From the NCBI GenBank assembly GCA_963770835.1, contig CAVYRH010000019.1, positions 320,001 to 384,000 on the forward strand: 64,000 nucleotides of DNA, in the 5' to 3' direction. The notes beneath the pieces are model-generated. The model saw only the letters and a list, made by a program, of their open reading frames with translations, was not told the origin of the DNA and did no database searches. The position numbers and the translations under genes are program-made. Each line of letters opens with the position of its first letter. Position 1 is the first letter of the stretch. Source of the stretch: an uncultured Pseudomonadota bacterium. GTDB lineage: Bacteria; Oederibacteriota; Muellerivitia; Muellerivitales; Muellerivitaceae. This document shows positions 1 through 7,771 of this stretch, one piece after another.

Positions 1-485
1 GACGCCTCTTCGACGCCGTGGCTTCCCTTACCGGGCTTTGCCAGAAGAGCCGCTTCGAGGGCGAAGCCGCCATGGCCCTGGAATTCGCGCTGGAGGATGT
101 CCAAACCGAAGAGGCCTATCCCCTTCCCTTGGTTTTCCATGGCGGAACGGCCCTGCTGGATTGGGAACCCTTGGTCCGGCAATTGTTGGAGGATGTGAGA
201 CAGCGGACGTCCGTTTCCATGATTTCCTGGCGTTTTCACAACGCCCTGGTGGAAGGGCTCATGAAGGTGGCCGCCAAGGCCGGACTGGAACAGATCGCCT
301 TATCGGGCGGCTGTTTCCAGAACCGCGCCTTGGCCGAAATGGCGGTCCACCGCCTGAAAGCCGAAGGCTTCCGGCCCTATTGGCAGAAGCAGGTTCCGCC
401 TAATGACGGCGGGCTATCGTTAGGACAAGCCGCTTATGCCCGATGGAAGTTGCAGGTGGAAAAAAATAACGGGAGACTTCGTTAG
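1..485 (+). CDS. hypF: Hydrogenase maturation carbamoyltransferase HypF, C-terminal part (runs off the left edge)
   Basis: RLFDAVASL..FEGEAAMALE, FHNAL, ALSGGCFQN and VPPNDGGLSLGQ motifs of the HypF Kae1-like C-terminal domain. Confidence 0.95.
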   Translation, partial: RLFDAVASLTGLCQKSRFEGEAAMALEFALEDVQTEEAYPLPLVFHGGTALLDWEPLVRQLLEDVRQRTSVSMISWRFHNALVEGLMKVAAKAGLEQIALSGGCFQNRALAEMAVHRLKAEGFRPYWQKQVPPNDGGLSLGQAAYARWKLQVEKNNGRLR

Positions 486-548
486 GACTAACCCCGGTCA
501 AGCCCCGTCAAATGAAAGTTGAACCGTCTTTTCCCGTTCCGGCGCCCC

Positions 549-1652
549 TTAGGCTGTTGCTCTTTTTCCGGAAATAACCCGCATACATCCCGCGCAGTTG
601 CGCCCCTGGCGCTTGGCCTGGTAAAGGCTTTGGTCTGCCAGCTTGAACATCTGGCGCGCGTCGGTCCTGCCGCCGCAATAACTCGTTGTTCCCAGGCTGA
701 CGGTCAGGGGATAAGAGTCCATCCGGATTCCCGGCAGGCTCGGCGGGTTTTCACGGACCTGCTTGAGGAGGCGCTGGACCAGGAAATTGGCGCTGGCCGG
801 CGGGGTATCGGGCAGGAGGATGGCGAATTCCTCGCCGCCGATCCGCGCTACCGTATCCAGGCCTCGCACGCAGGCGTGGAAGATCCGGGCGATATGCTTC
901 AAAAACTCATCGCCCGTGTCGTGGCCATAGGCGTCGTTGACCCGCTTGAAATGATCCAAGTCCGCCAGGACCAGGCTGCAGGAGCGCCCGGTTTTCTTGC
1001 AGCGCTTCAGCTCCTCGGCCAGCGCCTTCTCGAAAAACCGGCGGTTGGAAAGGCCCGTCAGCGGGTCGGTAACGGACTGCTGGACGACCTTCTCGTGGGC
1101 CCGTAGGGACTGGAGGGCCATGCCCACCTGGGTCGCGAAATTAAAAAGGGCCGCGGTGTCCGAACGCGTGATGAGCCGTTTCATGTTCAGCTGGTCCACC
1201 GCCAGGGCCCCGATGATCTTGCCGCCCCCCACTTGGATGGGCACCACTGCGGTGCTGCGGACGGGGACGCGCTGGCAGTCGCCCTTGTGCTGGCGTTGTG
1301 GCAGCCGGTTGGTGAAGTAGTAACGCAGATGGCCGTTGACGATATCCGAAAAAGCGTTGGCGCCCCGGCGGCGGAGGATGGGAAACCGGTCCTTGTTTTT
1401 CTCGAAGCGCCCGTGTTTGTCGACGCCTAAGGCCAGGGTCATGGCGCGCCCGTCGGGCTCCAGAAGGAAAATACCGCAGCGCTTGAATCCCAATCCTTTT
1501 TGCACGGACCAGATGGTCAATTTGAACAGGGATTCCAAAGGGATACCCCGGCGCATCCCCTCCATGACGCGCTGATACATCAGCACTTCCTGGTTCAACA
1601 GCTTTTGACGCCGAGAGATTCGGTGAAATTGGACGTCCGATAGGTAAGGCAT
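549..1652 (-). CDS. GAF-GGDEF diguanylate cyclase
   Basis: N-terminal GAF-like region; DPLTGLSNRR, DLDHFKRVNDAYGHDTGD, RGLD I-site (RxxD) and GGEEF active site; GGAGG RBS. Confidence 0.92.
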   Translation of the reverse strand: MPYLSDVQFHRISRRQKLLNQEVLMYQRVMEGMRRGIPLESLFKLTIWSVQKGLGFKRCGIFLLEPDGRAMTLALGVDKHGRFEKNKDRFPILRRRGANAFSDIVNGHLRYYFTNRLPQRQHKGDCQRVPVRSTAVVPIQVGGGKIIGALAVDQLNMKRLITRSDTAALFNFATQVGMALQSLRAHEKVVQQSVTDPLTGLSNRRFFEKALAEELKRCKKTGRSCSLVLADLDHFKRVNDAYGHDTGDEFLKHIARIFHACVRGLDTVARIGGEEFAILLPDTPPASANFLVQRLLKQVRENPPSLPGIRMDSYPLTVSLGTTSYCGGRTDARQMFKLADQSLYQAKRQGRNCAGCMRVISGKRATA

Positions 1653-2143
1653 TGGTCCTCCCTGGAAATAATTCCGTTCAATAAGGAACCGGGCGTAAAA
1701 CCTGGTAAAAATCCCATGACAAAGACAGAATTCAGGCTAATTAGGTTTTCCGTTAAACCTAAAAAATACAAAAGATTTCGTCGGCAATATTTCCGTTTTT
1801 GCCGCGTAAAGCGGAATTTGGAACATTTCACCGCAAGATCAGCTTGGTCTTTAAATTTTTTTATTGAGTTGGGTCTAGGACAAAACCGATAGAGGCATCT
1901 ATCAAGAAAATTATACCCCTGGAACGGGTTCTGGATTTATTTTTTTGTTTTTCGGAGAGCACCAGAACGGCCGGAATGGCGGTGATAAAACCGGTTACGG
2001 TAATATTCAACAAGTTTCAGTGCCTCGCCAAAAGACCCTATGGTCTTTTGACTTCTTCCACAACGCCTATTCTTCCTACCCGAAATGTTATATTCCCCTG
2101 GATCGAATAGATTCAATCCAGGGTCTCAGTGAAAGGAGCCAAA

Positions 2144-2713
2144 ATGAAACTTGATCCCAAGAAGACGGCGGTGCTGAGTTTGGACATCCAGGAAGGAATC
2201 CTGGGCCGTGTGCCGGGAGCGGCGGCGGCACTGCCCAGCGCGGCCCTTACGGTGGAGGCGGCCCGCAAGGGTGGGTTCTTCCTAGCTCATGTGGGAATCG
2301 GCTTTGAGCCGGGCTACCCGGAAATCAGCCCCCAGCATCCGCGTTTTTCCATGGTTAAGGAAAGCGGGCTTTTCATCAAAGGATCGGACTCGGCGAAGAC
2401 CCATTCATCTATTTTTAAGCCAGGCGACAGGGTGGTTTACAAACACCGGGTGAGCGGCTTCGCCGGGAATTCCCTGGAAATGATCCTGCGTGCGCAGGGT
2501 ATTGTGAACTTGGTGCTTTTCGGGTTTTCGACCAGCGGCGTCGTTTTATCCACCCTGCGGCGGGCCAGCGACCTGGATTTCCTTTGCACCGTCATCAAGG
2601 ACGCCTGCTTCGACCCCGACGAGGAAGTACACCGGGTTCTTACAGAGAAGATCTTCGCCGCCCAAGCCACGGTCATCACGGCCAAAACCTTTTCAACCGA
2701 ATACGCCGTTTAG
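2144..2713 (+). CDS. Isochorismatase-family cysteine hydrolase
   Basis: TAVLSLDIQ, KHRVSGF, GFSTSGVVLST, DACFD motifs; AAGGAG RBS before ATG 2144. Confidence 0.88.
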   Translation: MKLDPKKTAVLSLDIQEGILGRVPGAAAALPSAALTVEAARKGGFFLAHVGIGFEPGYPEISPQHPRFSMVKESGLFIKGSDSAKTHSSIFKPGDRVVYKHRVSGFAGNSLEMILRAQGIVNLVLFGFSTSGVVLSTLRRASDLDFLCTVIKDACFDPDEEVHRVLTEKIFAAQATVITAKTFSTEYAV

Positions 2714-2777
2714 TAAGTGGGACAGATTTCAGGGTTTCCATCAACTAGGACGGGACCGGTGGACCGCTTTACTTTGA

Positions 2778-3407
2778 TTAAGCGGCGTTTTCGGCCGGCA
2801 AGGATTTGGCCAATCCTCGCAGGTGGACGGCCAACCACAGGGTGGGAATCGCGGAAATGAGGGCGTAAACACTCAGGAGCCCGATGAGGGATTTGCCGCT
2901 GAATCCCCCGATGAGAAGTAATGCCCCGAAAGTCCATGCAAAAAACCCCGCCCAGAGGCATTGCCGGTTTCTGGCTCCATAGCCGTTGGGGTCGATCCCT
3001 TGGGTGATTTCCAATATCCCCACCAAAAAAGCCCAGACCGCGATCCAAACCGACAGCGAAGGCATGAAGAACCGGGGCCAAATCCAGACCGCTATGCCCA
3101 GGACCACGCTGATAAACCCCTTCCCGAGCAGGGCCCACCACCGGCACATTTGGCCCTGAAGCCGGAAACCCATGGTGAAGGCGCAGACCCCGTCCAGCAG
3201 CGCGTAAAGGCCCAGGTAGAGGACGAGGAAGGCGATGAGAGTTGCGGCTTGCAGGAAGAGGGAGAGGCCGAACGGGTCGCAGGATTGTTGGTTAAGGTAC
3301 AAAAGCGTGATGGCCGAGGCCGAGCCCACGAGAATCCCAAAGGTTCCCTTAAGGGTCATGAGCTTCCAGCATTTTGACAGGACAGCGGGCAATTGCGGGG
3401 GTGCCAT
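2778..3407 (-). CDS. HdeD/DUF308-family membrane protein
   Basis: Multiple TM segments; GLYALLDG, WWALLGKGFISVVLG and WAFLVGILEI patterns typical of DUF308 repeats. Confidence 0.7.
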   Translation of the reverse strand: MAPPQLPAVLSKCWKLMTLKGTFGILVGSASAITLLYLNQQSCDPFGLSLFLQAATLIAFLVLYLGLYALLDGVCAFTMGFRLQGQMCRWWALLGKGFISVVLGIAVWIWPRFFMPSLSVWIAVWAFLVGILEITQGIDPNGYGARNRQCLWAGFFAWTFGALLLIGGFSGKSLIGLLSVYALISAIPTLWLAVHLRGLAKSLPAENAA

Positions 3408-3601
3408 ATATGAAGCCTCATTTTTCTTTCAACCCAGGAACCACTATTAAAATAACGGAAATTTTCAAAATTTCTGATGAGCCCGCTCATAATTCAAACC
3501 TGTCGGACCTCCAATCATCCGCATCCCACCGGGTGGAGAAAGCAAAACCGTGACACCCATTCCCCCTTCCGGTCTGGGATTCATCTGTCCGGGTATTCCC
3601 C

Positions 3602-3626
3602 TATAATGTGCCCATCTCAGGGGAGG
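3602..3626 (+). promoter_or_regulatory. Putative sigma70 -10 box (TATAAT) and SD (GGAGG) upstream of the 3633 start
   Basis: TATAAT at 3602-3607, GGAGG at about 3622-3626, ATG at 3633. Confidence 0.45.
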
Positions 3627-3632
3627 GGTTGT

Positions 3633-4505
3633 ATGAAGAGGCTCAAAGCCCAATGGCACGACAAATTTTTTTCGGGCATCTACGTCAAAATGCTCACGGG
3701 CCAATATTATGAAAAGATGCCGGTCACCCATTTGACCTTTCCAGCCCCAACCCCCGCGGGTGCCGGAAGGGTCTCTCGGAAAAGGATATATCAGCGGGGT
3801 CTGTTTGATTTTTTGAATTGGCCTTTCCTTTTCGCCCTGGGTTTTTCCGTCTTCCTGGCCTGGGGCTGCATGAGCAAAAGGGTCCTCAACCATCCCCTGG
3901 AGGCCCGGGGGAACAACCTAGCCTTCGTGGTCTATGCCGAGAACCCGGCCGAGCTGCTCGAAACGGGCAAGGACGACACGGGCAAGATGGGCCATACCTC
4001 CTTTGCCGCCTGGCTCAATGACAGCCTGGCCTCCGGCTGCAACAAGTACCGCTATTATTATTTCGACCCCACGATGGTCCTGGCGAAGGCCGAGTCGAAG
4101 GGGGTGTCGATCCTCGAATGTCTGGTTTTGACCGGGGACGGCCAACCCACCTCCCAACCGCCCCTCCCCACCTACCCCGGCTCGGCCCTTCCCGCCCTCT
4201 TTGATGTAGCTTCAGACCTAGGCGCCACCCACGTGGTCAAGGTGAAGTTCCTCAGCTATTTCCGCAAGGACTATTACCGGGACGATGGCAAGGTGAAAGG
4301 CGACTTCGTCAAGCTGGAGTTCCAGGCCCGGGTGACGGCCTGGGCCGTCGGCTGGCTCCAGCCCGTCTTCGACCAGCCCGTCAGTTTTTCCGCCGACAAC
4401 AGCATGCTCTTTGGGGACCTGACCGGCGGGGGCAACGTCAAGAAGGCCCTGGATGCCGCCATCGTGGCGGGAGTTGCTCCAAACCCTACGCCCGTTCAAA
4501 AGTAA
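3633..4505 (+). CDS. Hypothetical membrane-anchored protein / lipoprotein
   Basis: Long ORF with GC-rich codon usage after ~3830; hydrophobic stretch ending LAWGC (lipobox-like); PNPTP tail; start uncertain. Confidence 0.65.
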   Translation: MKRLKAQWHDKFFSGIYVKMLTGQYYEKMPVTHLTFPAPTPAGAGRVSRKRIYQRGLFDFLNWPFLFALGFSVFLAWGCMSKRVLNHPLEARGNNLAFVVYAENPAELLETGKDDTGKMGHTSFAAWLNDSLASGCNKYRYYYFDPTMVLAKAESKGVSILECLVLTGDGQPTSQPPLPTYPGSALPALFDVASDLGATHVVKVKFLSYFRKDYYRDDGKVKGDFVKLEFQARVTAWAVGWLQPVFDQPVSFSADNSMLFGDLTGGGNVKKALDAAIVAGVAPNPTPVQK

Positions 4506-4656
4506 CCTAATTCTTTACTATTGCCCTATTTAGAACCCGGGCAGCCAGGGGCATTTTACGGCTGAAAATTCCGCTTTCCTTTTTTCGGTTTTTTTCTAAT
4601 ATGCACCCCTACCCAAGACGGCCATCTTTAGATAAGCTTGGAATTAAGAGGCATTC

Positions 4657-5463
4657 ATGAAACGAACCTTTTTAACCACTCTGGTCCTGGCCCTACTCTT
4701 CCCCACGGCCGGCCTTTGGGCGGCCACCAACGCGGTCTTCACCTCGGTCACTGGCAAGGTGGAGGTCAAGGACGCCCAAGGCAAGAATACCCGCGCCGCT
4801 GAAAAGGACGCCGCCGTGGTGGAGGGCGAGCACATCTCGGCCGGACCCGATTCCCAGGCCACCCTCCAGCTCTTCGATGGTTCCAAAGTGGATATCAGCC
4901 CCAACACCGCCTTTGTCCTGGAAAAGCTCCAACAGCCCAACCTCGATGACAAGGTCATCCAGTTCAAGCTGGAGCTGGGTAAGCTCTTCGCCACGGTGAA
5001 GAGGCTGGCCACGGCCAAGTCCTCTTTCGAGATCGAGGCTGGGGGCGTAGTATGCGGCGTTCGGGGCACTCAATACTGGATGGAATACAACCCCTCTACC
5101 GGCAAGGTGAACGTGCTGGTTCTGGACGGCACGGTCTGGTCCACCACCAACGGACAGACCCAGATTTTGCACGCCGGCGATGGCGGCTCCTGGGACCACG
5201 GTTCATGGACACCCCACCCGCCTCCCACCGGCGGCAACCCGCCGCCTACGACCGGCAACCTGCACCCCGGTTTCATCGCCTCCAACCCCTTCTACGGCTT
5301 CAACGGGAACGGCTCGGACGACTTCAACAGCCACTTGACCAACCTCCCCAGCGGCCTTACCGGCGTGACGGGCACCATTGGCAACACCGGCGTGGTCGGG
5401 CTCGCCGCCCATAACAACCTGAATCTTCAATTGAAGTTCCCCCAATACCTCCCTTTGCCCTAA
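4657..5463 (+). CDS. Secreted FecR-domain protein with Pro/Gly-rich tail
   Basis: Signal peptide; SQATLQLFDGSKVDISPNT, LELGKL, VCGVRGTQY, VLVLDGTV motifs of the FecR domain. Confidence 0.85.
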   Translation: MKRTFLTTLVLALLFPTAGLWAATNAVFTSVTGKVEVKDAQGKNTRAAEKDAAVVEGEHISAGPDSQATLQLFDGSKVDISPNTAFVLEKLQQPNLDDKVIQFKLELGKLFATVKRLATAKSSFEIEAGGVVCGVRGTQYWMEYNPSTGKVNVLVLDGTVWSTTNGQTQILHAGDGGSWDHGSWTPHPPPTGGNPPPTTGNLHPGFIASNPFYGFNGNGSDDFNSHLTNLPSGLTGVTGTIGNTGVVGLAAHNNLNLQLKFPQYLPLP

Positions 5464-5474
5464 CCGGACCCCCC

Positions 5475-6668
5475 ATGAACCTTTCTAAAGCAAAAACCGG
5501 GTTTTACCTCTCCTTGGCCATTTTTCTTTCCGCGACCATCCCCGCCTGGGCCGATCAGGAAGAGCTGCAAGTGGGTTATGTGTTCAACGCCTGGAACAGC
5601 AATTCCCTTTTCCACGGCACCGAGAACCGTGTGCCTCTCAACTATTACTTCTCCACGCCCAACTTTTCCCTCACCTTAGGTACGGCCTTCGTGGCCGGTG
5701 ACTACATGAAGGATTCGGTCGCGGACCTCCTGGGATCCTCCTACAACGCCAGCAAATTCGCCGACACCGACCTGGGCGCCAACTGGACCTTGGACATGGG
5801 TAACTCGGTGAAGTCCACTTTCTCCGGCACCCTCAACTTTCCCACCGGCGACGACAATTGGGAGATCGCCGAGCAGGTAGGGGCCATCCCCTACATCTTC
5901 GAGCCCAGCTTCTATCACGGCGCGGGCTGGGGCGGGAACCTGTTCTACACCCTCTCGGCGGCCACTAGCGGCATGGACTACGGGGTGGGCGGCGGCTTCA
6001 TGTCCACGGGGGTTTACGATACCGGCCTCTCCAGCGAGGGCACCTTCAGCCCGGGCAACAACCTGCTGGCCCTGGCCACCGTGGGGTTCCAGATGTCTCA
6101 AACCGAATCCTGGGCCTTCCGCTGCGTGCGCACCTTCCCCATGGAATCCACCTACGCTAACGCGGCCAACGACTTCACCGAGGGCGCGGGCAACATCCTC
6201 ACCACCCAATGGTTCAGCCAGGTGGGCGGCGACCGGCTGGTCCTCAACGCCTCCTACAGTTTTTACGGCACGGGCAACACGGCCCTGCCCAACGCTCCCT
6301 ATTCCCTGACCGCCGACCCCGGGTCCTACTTCGGCGACCGGCTGGAAATCCATCCCATTTTCGGCTATTCCATAGGCAAGGATATGGTCATGGAAACGGG
6401 CCTCATTTGGGACTGGATCCAACCCAACGGCTATCCTAATTCTCAGGTCAACATTGGCAGCTCGAACGATTATGAGGGTGGTGGAAATCTTTTTGGCATT
6501 GAGCAAAGTGCCACTTTTCAGCTTGACCCCGGCACCTTCTGGAACATAGCCGGGCTTTATCATTACATCACCAATAACAACGCGGGCCAGAATGCTTTGG
6601 GTCAGGACGTCTTGACGATCACTTACAACCGGTTCAGTATCGGCACGAATGTGGGGTTCAAATGGTGA
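5475..6668 (+). CDS. Putative outer-membrane beta-barrel protein
   Basis: Signal peptide (..PAWA), alternating amphipathic strands, C-terminal GTNVGFKW (BAM-type aromatic end). Confidence 0.7.
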   Translation: MNLSKAKTGFYLSLAIFLSATIPAWADQEELQVGYVFNAWNSNSLFHGTENRVPLNYYFSTPNFSLTLGTAFVAGDYMKDSVADLLGSSYNASKFADTDLGANWTLDMGNSVKSTFSGTLNFPTGDDNWEIAEQVGAIPYIFEPSFYHGAGWGGNLFYTLSAATSGMDYGVGGGFMSTGVYDTGLSSEGTFSPGNNLLALATVGFQMSQTESWAFRCVRTFPMESTYANAANDFTEGAGNILTTQWFSQVGGDRLVLNASYSFYGTGNTALPNAPYSLTADPGSYFGDRLEIHPIFGYSIGKDMVMETGLIWDWIQPNGYPNSQVNIGSSNDYEGGGNLFGIEQSATFQLDPGTFWNIAGLYHYITNNNAGQNALGQDVLTITYNRFSIGTNVGFKW

Positions 6669-7699
6669 AAAAACTTTTCCAATTAAGCTTGGCCGCGACC
6701 TTAGTCCTGGCGGTGGCGGTGGGCTGTAACAAGGCCACGAACCCGGTAGTCCCGGCCGGTTCGTCGGTGCTGCACTTGTCCCTTCCTTCGAAAATCCTGG
6801 GCAGCTTGTCCAAGTCCGTCTCCAGCCAGGACGCGGTGCCGGTGTCCGGCCAGGGCGCCTTGGAATACTACCTGAGCGCCTCGGGGGAAGCCCCCGTAAC
6901 CGGCGTCGTGATTTTCAACGACGGCTCCCAGGTGGGCAACATCTTCATCAACCTGCCCAAGGCGGGTGTATGGCTGGTGGCCGCCGAGTGGTTTTCCTTG
7001 TCACCCGTAGGCACTGCCGGCGCCAAAAAAGCCAGGCCCAAGCTGGTAGTTCCGGCGTACTCGCTGGTCACGCCCGAATTCGTCGGGGCGGACGAGGTGA
7101 ACGTCCAGGGCACCACCTCCTTCACCCTGGAAATGGAGGATATCAGCAATACGGAAAGCGCTTGCTATAACGGGTCCATCAGCAATGCCGACCCCGTCAC
7201 CTGCGGGTACAGCTATTCGGACCTCTTTTCCTTCAACAGCGGTATCTTGTCGCTTTCCTCGATACTCGGGACAACGGGGGACATACAGGCACTTTATGAC
7301 CTAACCACCGCCTCAACTTACCTGGCCAGCTTCTCGGGCTCGACCTTCGCTTACCTCGGCAACGGGGATTTGGTTAACTACCCCGTTGTCCCCAACAACA
7401 CCGCTTTTTATCCCGATACCCTCTCGGCCAAAACCGCGGTGGCGGGATCGGCCTCGTCACCAGTCTCGGTCGGTGATATTTTCGTGATCAAGATCCCGTC
7501 CCAAAACGCCATGGTTTGGTTTCAGGTCACCTCAGATCTCCTGAATGGATGTACAGGCACCAACGATTCCTCGATCTACTTTTGTTTTGTTTACAACAGC
7601 CAGGGTTTGAACTACATGAAGTTCGACCAGACCGCCTACGGCCTCGTCTACTGCAACCAGAACAACGGGCCAGGACCCACCCCCACCCCCGCTCCCTGA
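6662..7699 (+). CDS. Hypothetical lipoprotein
   Basis: Lipobox AVGC after a hydrophobic signal; Ser/Thr-rich beta-type sequence; PGPTPTPAP tail; overlaps the upstream stop. Confidence 0.75.
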   Translation: MVKKLFQLSLAATLVLAVAVGCNKATNPVVPAGSSVLHLSLPSKILGSLSKSVSSQDAVPVSGQGALEYYLSASGEAPVTGVVIFNDGSQVGNIFINLPKAGVWLVAAEWFSLSPVGTAGAKKARPKLVVPAYSLVTPEFVGADEVNVQGTTSFTLEMEDISNTESACYNGSISNADPVTCGYSYSDLFSFNSGILSLSSILGTTGDIQALYDLTTASTYLASFSGSTFAYLGNGDLVNYPVVPNNTAFYPDTLSAKTAVAGSASSPVSVGDIFVIKIPSQNAMVWFQVTSDLLNGCTGTNDSSIYFCFVYNSQGLNYMKFDQTAYGLVYCNQNNGPGPTPTPAP

Positions 7700-7711
7700 C
7701 GTCCGCTTGAT

Positions 7712-7746
7712 AAAAAAAAGGCCGCCCCTTAAAAGGACGGCCTTTT
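7712..7746. terminator. Bidirectional intrinsic terminator
   Basis: AAAAGGCCG...CGGCCTTTT stem with flanking A/T runs between convergent genes. Confidence 0.75.
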
Positions 7747-7771
7747 AAAAAAACCTTAAAAATTTCGGGTC

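Noticed and set aside
1938..2065. Possible small membrane protein on the minus strand (..LNITVTGFITAIPAVLVLSEKQKK), and the plus-strand ORF 1945-2154
   Set aside because: The minus-strand reading needs a frameshift to gain a start; neither has recognisable homology.
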